56,858 nt of DNA from Klebsiella phage vB_KpnS-Carvaje: the sequence record NC_071011.1; one strand, written 5' to 3'. The position numbers and the translations under genes are program-made. Positions 8,296 through 16,599 of the stretch are shown one piece after another. Every line of letters begins with the position of its first letter. The first letter of the stretch is position 1. The notes beneath the pieces are model-generated. The model saw only the letters and a program-made list of their open reading frames with translations. It ran no database searches and had not been told where the DNA came from.

Positions 8296-9651
8296 ATGGC
8301 AGATGACCAATTTGAACAACTAGCCGTTGCCGGATACAGTCGCACAGGCAACCAGGTTAATGACGACTTTTTACCTAAACTCAACGGTAAACAGGGTCGT
8401 CGTATCCTTCGCCAGATGGCGGAGAACGATGAAACGATCGGTGGTGTACTGTTCGCCATGAACAGCGTTTACCGTTCTGTACAGTGGATTTTTGACCCGT
8501 CAGACAAGAACGATCCGCAAGCTGTTAAATATGCTGAATGGCTGCAAAACACCATTGAAAACCAGATGGGCGATCCGCAGGGTGCGTTACCTGATGACAC
8601 CTGGTCAGCATTCGTTCAAACCTGGACCGATACCGATGTTTTCGGCTGGGGCTGGTATGACGTATGGGTTAAAGATTTACCTGATGGTTCCGTGGGTATC
8701 GCCCGTCTCGTTCCGGTTGCTGCTGAAACGCTCGACGGCTGGGAAATTGAAGAACCGACAGGTTATGTCACTGGTATTTACCAGCGTCAACCGTCAACCA
8801 ATATCAGTAAACTGATCCCACGGTCACGATCACTGCATCTGATTTCATCGCCGAACAAAGGTAACCCGGAAGGTTTATCACTGCTGCGCACCGCTTATCG
8901 CCCGTGGTATTACAAAAAAGTACAGCTTGAGATTGAAGCAATTCTGGCAGAGCGCGGAACAGGTTTCCCGGTCATCACAGTTAACAGCGATATTAAAAAT
9001 GCTGCAAGCGATCCGAACATCCCGGAAGAAAAACGTAAAGCAGCACAGGCGATGATTGATAACTTTGAAACCATCGTTGCCAATATCAAGCGCAATGAAC
9101 AGTCTGGTCTGGTTATTTACTCAAAACCCTATGTCAACGGCTTTGACAGTGAGACAGGCATTACCACATACGCCGGTGAGCAACAGGTTAAACTGGAATT
9201 CCTGACCCCTGAACAGTCTAATGCCGTGGATATCGACCGGACAATCAAACGTCTGGATACCAGTATTGCTCGTGCATTGCTGGCCGACTTTATGTTTTTT
9301 GGTACAGGCGGGAATACAGGCAACCAGGCGAATCTGGGTAGCCGTACAGAACTGTGGATCCGTGCAATGCAGTCGCGCATTGACAGCAACGTTGAATGCA
9401 TTAACCGCCAGTTAATCCCGCAACTGTGGACGTTAAACGCATTCCCTCCAGAATACAAACCAACGTTACGTGCTGGCTCAATCAGTAAAGACAGTATCGA
9501 AACACTAACCACTGCGCTTACGCGTCTGGCACAGGCTGGTGCGCCAGTGTTCCCGGACCCTGTACTTCAGGAGTTCGTGTATAAAGAGGCGGGGTTACCG
9601 ACAGCGGGTATTGATAAAACAGGCGAAGGTTTACCGTCTATCAACGATTAA
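8296..9651 (+). CDS. portal protein (putative)
   Basis: 452 aa from ATG 8296 (RBS GGAG); size and position downstream of terL; no diagnostic motif. Confidence 0.5.
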   Translation: MADDQFEQLAVAGYSRTGNQVNDDFLPKLNGKQGRRILRQMAENDETIGGVLFAMNSVYRSVQWIFDPSDKNDPQAVKYAEWLQNTIENQMGDPQGALPDDTWSAFVQTWTDTDVFGWGWYDVWVKDLPDGSVGIARLVPVAAETLDGWEIEEPTGYVTGIYQRQPSTNISKLIPRSRSLHLISSPNKGNPEGLSLLRTAYRPWYYKKVQLEIEAILAERGTGFPVITVNSDIKNAASDPNIPEEKRKAAQAMIDNFETIVANIKRNEQSGLVIYSKPYVNGFDSETGITTYAGEQQVKLEFLTPEQSNAVDIDRTIKRLDTSIARALLADFMFFGTGGNTGNQANLGSRTELWIRAMQSRIDSNVECINRQLIPQLWTLNAFPPEYKPTLRAGSISKDSIETLTTALTRLAQAGAPVFPDPVLQEFVYKEAGLPTAGIDKTGEGLPSIND

Positions 9652-9677
9652 ATGAAAAGGGGTCTATAACAGACCCC
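9650..9677 (-). terminator. rho-independent terminator for the leftward 9750..10085 gene; the hairpin is also placed right after the portal stop
   Basis: GGGGTCT-ataac-AGACCCC; U-tract (TTTTCATTT) only on the minus strand. Confidence 0.55.
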
Positions 9678-9749
9678 AAAACACCAACGACCAGAACAGA
9701 ATTAATATGATTGCTATCAGTGAATAAACTTTCTGGTTGTATGTCATGA

Positions 9750-10085
9750 TTACCCCACGTAATTTGCAACGATTTGATCGCAGTCGTCCGTGTTGCGGGC
9801 CAGTCGATAAATTTCAGAAGCAACCTGTGACCGATAATACATATCGACGTTGTAATTATTGGTCACGTAATTATAAGCCGCTTCATAACTACCGAACATT
9901 TTGTGATTGCTCACAACTTCTTTTTTTACCGAACCATTCATTAACCAGCCGATCAACAACAGCAACGCACCGATACCGGGGCTGGTTAAAACAGCAATGA
10001 AAAACCATGTTCCGGGGTTACGCCCGGTACGTTTAGCGAAGGTAGCGACCAGAGCGCTAAACAGGATCCACAGGATTACGAACAT
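9750..10085 (-). CDS. small membrane protein (two predicted TM helices); moron-like single-gene unit
   Basis: 111 aa; hydrophobic segments ILWILFSALVATFA and WFFIAVLTSPGIGALLLLIGWL; own promoter (10116..10154), AAGGAGG RBS and terminator. Confidence 0.5.
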   Translation of the reverse strand: MFVILWILFSALVATFAKRTGRNPGTWFFIAVLTSPGIGALLLLIGWLMNGSVKKEVVSNHKMFGSYEAAYNYVTNNYNVDMYYRSQVASEIYRLARNTDDCDQIVANYVG

Positions 10086-10115
10086 TTCAAACCTCCTTAA
10101 TCAGTTATTGATTTA

Positions 10116-10154
10116 ACAGTACACGTCCATGTGTAATCCGTCAAGAATTATTTT
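10116..10154 (-). promoter_or_regulatory. early promoter cassette, copy 3 (-35 TTGACG, 17 bp, -10 TACTGT)
   Basis: Reverse complement AAAATAATTCTTGACGGATTACACATGGACGTGTACTGT. Confidence 0.55.
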
Positions 10155-10399
10155 GAAACGTCAAATACTGGCGGAATACCCATCCCGGCCATGACGCGCC
10201 GTTGTTCGTACTCCTGACGTAGTTTCTGCAACTGTTCTATACCAATATCACAACCACGGATTATATCGTCGCAAAGGTCAGTATAGCTTGCCCCAGCTTG
10301 TGGCGTGGTTCGCGGATAGTCAACCAGCGACGGATCCGTAATGATGACCTTCGGGAGAAACGCCACTGTATCCCCAACGCCATTTTTCATAATTGTCAT
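10148..10399 (-). CDS. hypothetical protein
   Basis: ORF in the dut operon; ATGA overlap with the upstream gene. Confidence 0.35.
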   Translation of the reverse strand: MTIMKNGVGDTVAFLPKVIITDPSLVDYPRTTPQAGASYTDLCDDIIRGCDIGIEQLQKLRQEYEQRRVMAGMGIPPVFDVSK

Positions 10400-10974
10400 G
10401 AGTCGCACCCGTGATAAAGTTCCTGACCCGGTTCAACTTTCGATCCGCAACACTGGCAAACTAAACGCCATTCAAAACCAGGCGCTGCGGAGTATTTACG
10501 GTAACCAGCATAGTAAATACGCGCAGTATCTTCAAAAAATGTACCACGACCGATCATGCTTGCAATTTCATGGATAGCCGTTTCACGTTCGTCAGGCAGT
10601 GGTTTGAAATCGTCGTCATTAACCACAAACGATTCAGAACCATCTTCTGGTTTAACCCACACTTCACTACCATTGACACCCAGTACGTTAACAGTGGTCC
10701 ACTCATTACCGTTATTCCACTGGCAGACTGTACCAACTGGCGGTAGCCCTTGACCGTTCCACACCTCGATCAGTTCGCGCTGTGCGATGAGTGGTAAACC
10801 GCCTACGTCGTCATAACCTTCTTCTTTTTCCCGACTCTTATTTTGCCAGTGACCAAGACCTATCACCTGCTCGTAAAATACAAGACACAAGGATCCTTGA
10901 CATACACTGAGCGCCCAGTGAGGCGCACCTTCAAAATCTTTTTCAGAACCTTTGATATATTTCCACTGTTTCAT
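10396..10974 (-). CDS. hypothetical protein
   Basis: 192-aa ORF. Confidence 0.4.
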   Translation of the reverse strand: MKQWKYIKGSEKDFEGAPHWALSVCQGSLCLVFYEQVIGLGHWQNKSREKEEGYDDVGGLPLIAQRELIEVWNGQGLPPVGTVCQWNNGNEWTTVNVLGVNGSEVWVKPEDGSESFVVNDDDFKPLPDERETAIHEIASMIGRGTFFEDTARIYYAGYRKYSAAPGFEWRLVCQCCGSKVEPGQELYHGCDS

Positions 10975-11300
10975 AAGTTTTCCCCGATGATTGCAGCACA
11001 GTTAACGATCGCTAAACGGGTTGCTTTTTCACGGTCAGCATCGCTGTTAACTACTTCTCGATAACCCACGCCTGTATCTGGATTACTCATCAAAACATCA
11101 CTCCAGTTTATTTCTAAATTCGCATATAAACTGACCATCAAACTGAAAGCATCAGCGTTATTGATAAGCGGGTTCCACAAACGACCACCACCGATATCGA
11201 TCCCTTCGTTTACGTCGCGCTCGCCATACGCGATATAGTATTTACCCTCAATTTCACCAGCGCGGGCCGCATTGATTAGCAATTCACGATTAGTCATCAT
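10971..11300 (-). CDS. hypothetical protein
   Basis: 109-aa ORF coupled to dut. Confidence 0.4.
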   Translation of the reverse strand: MMTNRELLINAARAGEIEGKYYIAYGERDVNEGIDIGGGRLWNPLINNADAFSLMVSLYANLEINWSDVLMSNPDTGVGYREVVNSDADREKATRLAIVNCAAIIGENL

Positions 11301-11800
11301 TTACGCCCCGTCGATCCGAAACCACCTTTACGCTGACTTTCCACGCCGGGCAACTGTTCCACTTCAACCACGGCTACCGGTTCAACGCGCTCTACCATCA
11401 GTTGACAGCAACGTTCACCGTGTTCCAGCATGAACACCTTGTGGGAATGGTTAACCAGAGTAATGAAATATTCGCCGGGATAATCGCGGTCACCGACACC
11501 CACGCAGTTAATCAGCGTCATACCGTTTTTCAGGCTGAGGCCGGAACGAGGGTAAAATTTGATGCAGTGATCAGCATCGACAGACATTTTCAGACCAGTG
11601 GGGATCAGTGCGCGTTCACCTGGGTAGATACCAATAATACCCTCAATGGGTTTTCGTTCCAGTTTAGCGCCTGCAGGCGGAAAGATTGTCACGGTTTCAG
11701 ACCACAGGCACGCGCGAACATCCATTCCGGCGCTATCAGCCGTTTCCCGCGTTGGGATCACAGCCAGGTTAGTGAGTCGTTGAATGTAAAGATTAGACAT
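11297..11800 (-). CDS. dut: dUTP diphosphatase (dUTPase)
   Basis: 167 aa with the five dUTPase motifs (AGMDVRA, IPTGL, PRSGL, GVGDRDYPGE, RKGGFGSTG); RBS GAGGAA. Confidence 0.85.
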   Translation of the reverse strand: MSNLYIQRLTNLAVIPTRETADSAGMDVRACLWSETVTIFPPAGAKLERKPIEGIIGIYPGERALIPTGLKMSVDADHCIKFYPRSGLSLKNGMTLINCVGVGDRDYPGEYFITLVNHSHKVFMLEHGERCCQLMVERVEPVAVVEVEQLPGVESQRKGGFGSTGRK

Positions 11801-11833
11801 TGGTTGGTTCCTCGTTGTGTTTCGACACTTGCA

Positions 11834-11875
11834 ATACTGCGTTCTGTGGTGTAATCTGTCAAGAATTATTTATAA
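11834..11875 (-). promoter_or_regulatory. promoter cassette, copy 4 (-35 TTGACA; weaker -10 CAGTAT)
   Basis: Reverse complement ATAAATAATTCTTGACAGATTACACCACAGAACGCAGTAT; drives the dut operon. Confidence 0.45.
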
Positions 11876-11892
11876 CCAACGAGGAACAAACG

Positions 11893-12576
11893 ATGAATAA
11901 AGTTGACTGGAGTAAAGCGCCGGACTGGGCTGAATGTGTTGTTATACGTACAGGTTATCAACTTAGTGTTCATTATCATTGGTCTGAATTGCCCCGTTCG
12001 CAGGCTCGCATGATGAAGATTGAAACAGGCACTAATTTTTTAATGTCTGATCCTGCTTTTTGGCTAATTGTTGAACATCGTCCGAACATCCCCACGTTAG
12101 CTGATGACAGGTTAATCATGACACCGAAAGCCGGACGTAACACGTATGAGCAATTTATTGCAAACGGGTGGGATGATGACCAGTTAATCGAAAGTGGTTA
12201 CGCTACCAGGTTAAGCGTTGACGAAATGACAAAATACAAACAACCGTCATTAGCAGATTTACACCTGACACATTTATTTACCCCAGTAGAACAACCATCA
12301 ACTGCACCAGAACTGTTGAATCAGGCCGCACAACTTCTGGCTGAACGTGGTAAACAGTACGACAAATCAGGTGAAGAACGTTCAGCGGCTGCAATCGTCG
12401 TGGCGTTTAATGCGATCACTAAACGCGATTTAACACCAGGTGAAGGCTGGTTATTCATGGTGCTATTAAAAGCAGTTCGTTTCTATTCGAATACTGAAAC
12501 ACCACATCGTGACAGTCTGGAAGATATGATTGCCTATGCTGCGTTGCACGCTGAGGAATATCTGAATGATAAGTGA
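11893..12576 (+). CDS. hypothetical protein; carries an internal copy of the motif TYEQFIANGWDDDQLIESGY also found at the C-terminus of the DUF2815 SSB-like protein
   Basis: 227 aa from ATG 11893 (RBS GAGGAA); C-terminal helical domain. Confidence 0.45.
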   Translation: MNKVDWSKAPDWAECVVIRTGYQLSVHYHWSELPRSQARMMKIETGTNFLMSDPAFWLIVEHRPNIPTLADDRLIMTPKAGRNTYEQFIANGWDDDQLIESGYATRLSVDEMTKYKQPSLADLHLTHLFTPVEQPSTAPELLNQAAQLLAERGKQYDKSGEERSAAAIVVAFNAITKRDLTPGEGWLFMVLLKAVRFYSNTETPHRDSLEDMIAYAALHAEEYLNDK

Positions 12577-12757
12577 GTTGCAGGCGTTTCACCTTATGGT
12601 AAAACACAGCATGATTATCATTTACTGTGACCGTGATAGATCGGTATTCACTGACGACTTACAATATACGGAACAGTGGGTTGATAATTTTGATAAACCT
12701 AAAGCCACATGCCGTTTAATTGAGCGTGTGGCGCGTGACCTGGGGGAACAGTTATGA
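12566..12757 (+). CDS. hypothetical protein (AT-rich island)
   Basis: 63-aa ORF; low GC. Confidence 0.3.
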   Translation: MISELQAFHLMVKHSMIIIYCDRDRSVFTDDLQYTEQWVDNFDKPKATCRLIERVARDLGEQL

Positions 12758-13110
12758 AGGGTTTTCCGGGTGTATATTATAACACTACTGGTTTTTCAGC
12801 AGGCGTTCATGTAAATCAAAAGAAATGCCATCTTGGGGTTTTTAAAACTCCAGAGCGTGCAAGTGTATCAGTGCGACTGTTTAAATACTGGTTAAGAAAA
12901 GGTTTTAAACCTGATGAAATCCCACGGTCATGTGTAACACCAATGAATCGTGAACCGGATTATAAACCAGTTGAAAATTATAAAATTTCAACGATCATTA
13001 AAAACAATGGTGAATATAAATTAGACACCATAGATCTATTAAATCTCGCAAGAGAATTACAGTCACTAAGGATTTATAAATATGGTCGGACAAAAGCGCT
13101 CAGATTCTGA
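12754..13110 (+). CDS. AP2-domain DNA-binding protein (homing-endonuclease-associated AP2 fold; no HNH/GIY-YIG nuclease motif seen)
   Basis: N-terminus GVYYNTTGFSAGVHVNQKKCHLGVFKTPERAS fits the AP2 consensus; region markedly AT-rich relative to flanks. Confidence 0.45.
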   Translation: MKGFPGVYYNTTGFSAGVHVNQKKCHLGVFKTPERASVSVRLFKYWLRKGFKPDEIPRSCVTPMNREPDYKPVENYKISTIIKNNGEYKLDTIDLLNLARELQSLRIYKYGRTKALRF

Positions 13111-13217
13111 ATTACTTCGCGATCTGGAACTGGATTATGAACGTGCATTAGCAGCAGTAGAACACCTGGAAGAACAGATCAGGGAAGTGAAGAACCGTTT
13201 GCAAGGGGTGACTAAAC

Positions 13218-13535
13218 GTGAATTTCAGTCATAATTTAGAACGTTCTGCAGAATATAGCGGTTATCCTGCAGATCATCCGAAAGTAATCGGTGTGCATGA
13301 GTTTATCGATATCGTTGTAACATTGCAGTTGTGTGTTGCGATGAATAAAGATAAACCAAATACGGCGTTAAAACGTTGTGCACAGGTACTGAAACAACGA
13401 ATGACAATGCCAAACACAATCAAAATGCTTGACGTTGTTCTTTCACAACCATTCCCATCAGGCTATGTTGCCAAACTCCAGCGCCTGCTGATCGCAACCG
13501 ATCGTGAAGTTGGTCAACGCATGATAAACCTGTGA
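13218..13535 (+). CDS. hypothetical protein
   Basis: ORF; true start may be downstream. Confidence 0.3.
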   Translation: MNFSHNLERSAEYSGYPADHPKVIGVHEFIDIVVTLQLCVAMNKDKPNTALKRCAQVLKQRMTMPNTIKMLDVVLSQPFPSGYVAKLQRLLIATDREVGQRMINL

Positions 13536-13541
13536 TACAAT

Positions 13542-13571
13542 AAGCCTCAGTAACCACGCTGAGGCTTTTCT
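13542..13571 (+). terminator. hairpin/terminator whose 3' arm contains the SD (GAGG) of the Mu F-like gene
   Basis: AAGCCTCAG-taaccacg-CTGAGGCTT followed by TTCT then ATG. Confidence 0.5.
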
Positions 13572-14525
13572 ATGAAAGACCCATACCCGGACATTGCTGA
13601 TAAATATGACCTGCGGATCCGTGAAGCACTGAACCTCGTGTGGGAAAACGTGCGCCGTAGCGAATCATTAGCGAACCTTGAGTACATTATTGAAACTCAG
13701 GGTATTAGCGGGTTACTCCCCATTCTTGACACCCTCCCGGATGAATTGAGCGCACAGTTACGACCTGTTATTGAAAACGCGATAGCTGAATCAGGTCGTG
13801 TAGTCGTTCAGGTTCTGCCGAAAGCAGCTGTCACCGCCCCCGTTGTTTTCAGCCTTGTTAACCCACGGGTTGGTGCATATATCAATAACTACGTTGGGCA
13901 GATGATCCGCGAAGTAAGCGATGAAACGGTGAAGGCTGTTCAGATTGCCGTGAACCAGGGTATTGTTACCGGACGTAATCCGCGCCAGATTGCCCGTGAT
14001 TTTCGTTCCAGCATCGGGTTAACCAGTCGTCAGGAACAAACAGTTCAGCGGTTGCGTGCTGCGCTTGAAAAAGGTGAAGCAGGTTATGTGAACAGCTTAA
14101 CCACCGTGACTGATAGCACAAAAAATGCTGTAAGCGCCGGGAAACTGTCTGAAAGTCAGATTGATAAGATTGTTGAACAAACCCGCCTACGCTACGTAAA
14201 ACAGCGCACAGAGACAATCGCACGTACTGAGTCATTACGTGCAACATCTGTTGGTCAGGATCTGGCAATTCGTGAAGGGCAGATCACCGGGGCTATCAGC
14301 AACGAACTGTTAAAGCGCTGGTTATATCGTCACGATACACGCACTCGTGATGCACATATTAGCGCCGGGGAAACTAACGGGTGGATTCCAATGAACAGAC
14401 CGTTTTCAACACCGTTAGGGCCGCTTATGTTCCCTCGTGACCCTAACGGAAGCGCATCGAATACGATTAACTGCAGGTGCCGGGTACAGTACAGTTTGCC
14501 GGAAGATATCGGTTCACTGGGTTGA
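13572..14525 (+). CDS. head morphogenesis protein, Mu F-like / SPP1 gp7 family (minor head protein)
   Basis: 317 aa; C-terminal region ARTESLRA...G...W...HDTRTRDAHISAGE...NCRCRVQY matches the Phage_Mu_F signature. Confidence 0.8.
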   Translation: MKDPYPDIADKYDLRIREALNLVWENVRRSESLANLEYIIETQGISGLLPILDTLPDELSAQLRPVIENAIAESGRVVVQVLPKAAVTAPVVFSLVNPRVGAYINNYVGQMIREVSDETVKAVQIAVNQGIVTGRNPRQIARDFRSSIGLTSRQEQTVQRLRAALEKGEAGYVNSLTTVTDSTKNAVSAGKLSESQIDKIVEQTRLRYVKQRTETIARTESLRATSVGQDLAIREGQITGAISNELLKRWLYRHDTRTRDAHISAGETNGWIPMNRPFSTPLGPLMFPRDPNGSASNTINCRCRVQYSLPEDIGSLG

Positions 14526-14780
14526 ACAGGTACAGCGCCCGAACATAGCCAGACTGATCGGAGACGGATCAGCAGGACTTGAAACAGAATCAGCGTGGTA
14601 AACAGTCCCGCGATAAATCACGCTGAAACCTTTCTCTTTAATCAACATGAGTTTTCCGGTTCTGGTGGTCATTCGAATACTGTTACCTGTTCGTTTCTCG
14701 ATCACAAAATCAACTTTATCACCCACTTTTACAGGTGTTGGTTCACCCTGATAACCATTACATACATCACAACGTTTCAT
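14514..14780 (-). CDS. hypothetical protein
   Basis: 88-aa ORF. Confidence 0.3.
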   Translation of the reverse strand: MKRCDVCNGYQGEPTPVKVGDKVDFVIEKRTGNSIRMTTRTGKLMLIKEKGFSVIYRGTVYHADSVSSPADPSPISLAMFGRCTCSTQ

Positions 14781-14791
14781 CAGCGTTTACC

Positions 14792-14965
14792 TCATGGTTC
14801 TGATATTTCAAGATTAACACTAATACCAGAACGAATGGCCTGCGGTGCTAATTTTGCCAGTTCTTCCTGATCGTCGCGCCATTGTTTTCTGAGTATTTCG
14901 ATACTCTCACGAACGCAAACCTGACGCCTGCGCAGTTCTTTAATTCGTTTTTCGATATCGGTCAT
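14792..14965 (-). CDS. small coiled-coil protein
   Basis: 57 aa MTDIEKRIKELRRRQVCVRESIEILRKQWRDDQEELAKL... Confidence 0.3.
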   Translation of the reverse strand: MTDIEKRIKELRRRQVCVRESIEILRKQWRDDQEELAKLAPQAIRSGISVNLEISEP

Positions 14966-14970
14966 GGGTA

Positions 14971-15210
14971 TTACTCCTGCCCCGGGTAGATAACATCGTA
15001 TTCGTTGATCTCCACCCAGTAATATTCACCTTCAGCCCGATCATCCGATTTCCACAAAATATTATCGAACTGATTAATACGTTCAATGACTTTTTCAGCA
15101 TGTTCTTTAGCCAGTTCAAAACTGCTGTACATACCGCCTTCACGTTCCCCACTGCCTGGTGCACTATTCATGCCAGATCGAACTTCAAAAACTGATTCTA
15201 AGTCACACAT
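14971..15210 (-). CDS. hypothetical acidic protein
   Basis: 79-aa ORF. Confidence 0.4.
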   Translation of the reverse strand: MCDLESVFEVRSGMNSAPGSGEREGGMYSSFELAKEHAEKVIERINQFDNILWKSDDRAEGEYYWVEINEYDVIYPGQE

Positions 15211-15215
15211 TAGCG

Positions 15216-15491
15216 TTACTCCTGCTTTTCACCACAGAACGGGCAGTAAGACATTTTCACGTTAGTTTCTAATCGCGTGAAGTTCTTCGCCAGTTCACCG
15301 TTTTTCTTCGGCGCACGATACGCCAGGCGATATTTCAGCATGACGTAGATGTTCCCGGATGACAGCCCCAGACACTGGTTATCCCAGCCCACTTTGTCAA
15401 ATATGTTGGTACTGACTTCTGCGCCCTGCGGCACTTTTTCCATCAGTCGTTGTTGAAGTTCGTCACCAAGTTTTTTCATGCATTCGCACAT
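15216..15491 (-). CDS. hypothetical protein with C-terminal CPFCG motif
   Basis: 91-aa ORF. Confidence 0.4.
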   Translation of the reverse strand: MCECMKKLGDELQQRLMEKVPQGAEVSTNIFDKVGWDNQCLGLSSGNIYVMLKYRLAYRAPKKNGELAKNFTRLETNVKMSYCPFCGEKQE

Positions 15492-15787
15492 TACCAGCCA
15501 CCTTTCTTTAAAAGAATACGTTTAGTTTCAGGGTGAGGATGACGGTAGTTAACCAGTTGTTCCGGCATACTCATAAATTTATTGTTTTCATCTTTGACCG
15601 TGACAAAACAGGAATGAACACCAAACGCACCAGTGTTGATTGTTTCGTCGTATTCGTGGAGAAGTTCGGCCATTTTTTCCTGCCACTCTTTCGGCATCTG
15701 CATCATAGCCACACGGGGCATAACGACAAACGCCGCGTAAGATAAACCGAACCACCCATGCAGGTCTTTTCGATAGTCATATTCCAT
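15491..15787 (-). CDS. hypothetical protein
   Basis: Start at ATG 15787 (RBS AAGGTAAAGG); the longer annotated ORF would begin upstream of the predicted TSS of the 15832..15870 promoter. Confidence 0.4.
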   Translation of the reverse strand: MEYDYRKDLHGWFGLSYAAFVVMPRVAMMQMPKEWQEKMAELLHEYDETINTGAFGVHSCFVTVKDENNKFMSMPEQLVNYRHPHPETKRILLKKGGW

Positions 15788-15831
15788 CGCCTTTACCTTT
15801 TCAGTTAACCCACCCGTTATTGGGTGTAGTA

Positions 15832-15870
15832 ACCATACCCCCATATCTGCAATTCGTCAAGAATTATTTT
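15832..15870 (-). promoter_or_regulatory. early promoter cassette, copy 5 (-35 TTGACG, 17 bp, -10 TATGGT)
   Basis: Reverse complement AAAATAATTCTTGACGAATTGCAGATATGGGGGTATGGT. Confidence 0.6.
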
Positions 15871-15893
15871 AAATCTTCTTTCATCTTACCAAA

Positions 15894-15908
15894 CTGGTAA
15901 GCCGTAAC
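15894..15908 (+). repeat. 15-bp direct repeat CTGGTAAGCCGTAAC (copy A1)
   Basis: Identical second copy 60 bp downstream; related CTGGTAAGCTGAAAC copies in region B. Confidence 0.6.
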
Positions 15909-15953
15909 TCAGCGTCATAGATGACATAGATAGTATGAAAGAGTTATACAGAT

Positions 15954-15968
15954 CTGGTAAGCCGTAAC
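15954..15968 (+). repeat. 15-bp direct repeat CTGGTAAGCCGTAAC (copy A2)
   Basis: See copy A1. Confidence 0.6.
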
Positions 15969-16188
15969 ATAGATCGCATAGTTTGCGTATACTTATTTTT
16001 AACAAATTTATCTTCTAACTTACTGTTTTTATTATCTTTTACATACTTATCATAGATAGTATAGATTTATATAAGAATTATAAAAGTAAGGTAAGTAAGG
16101 GTTAGTAGGGTAAGATCTAAAAGATAAGGAAAACAGCATGAAATGTATGATACTATGCACCCGTGGTTAACTCGCGAGGAAACACCCA

Positions 16189-16599
16189 ATGATCGAAGTT
16201 AAAGTTAACAAGGTCGATCCACAGTTACGGATGGTTTTTGGCTGGGGTTCGATTTGTAAAAAACGGAATCAGGAAACGGGTCAGTTAGAAATTTACACTG
16301 ACACCGACAACGAACAATTCCCTGAAGATGTAACGTTAAAGGCATGGCTGGATTTCATGAACGGCGATCAGCGGATCATGGATAACATGCACAACGAACA
16401 ACCCGTGGGTAAAGTGGTGTTCGCTTTTCCGATGACCGAAGATATCGCCGCAAGTTTTGGACTGGTTGAAAAACTGGATCAAACAGGCGTTATTGTTGGT
16501 ACGCTGATCACCGACGATGACATTCTGAAAAAATTTCAGTCTGGCGAATATACCGGGTATAGTATCGGTGGAACTGCTTACTATGAGGACGTTGAATAA
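16189..16599 (+). CDS. XkdF-like phage serine protease (putative prohead protease)
   Basis: 136 aa; VDPQLRMVFGWGSI... pattern and position immediately before the scaffold and MCP genes; RBS GAGGAAA. Confidence 0.5.
   Translation: MIEVKVNKVDPQLRMVFGWGSICKKRNQETGQLEIYTDTDNEQFPEDVTLKAWLDFMNGDQRIMDNMHNEQPVGKVVFAFPMTEDIAASFGLVEKLDQTGVIVGTLITDDDILKKFQSGEYTGYSIGGTAYYEDVE

Larger units (their letters stand above)
15871..16188 (+). repeat. repeat-rich non-coding region A upstream of the head operon; paralogous to region B (56532..56858); putative late-control region
   Basis: Two CTGGTAAGCCGTAAC copies (15894..15908, 15954..15968), ATAGATAGTATAGAT, ATATAAGAATTATAAAAG and GTAAG/GTTAG-rich tract shared with region B; no ORF. 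Confidence 0.6.

Noticed and set aside
12754-13110. Calling the AP2 ORF a homing endonuclease
   Set aside because: No HNH, GIY-YIG or LAGLIDADG motif visible; only the DNA-binding domain is present
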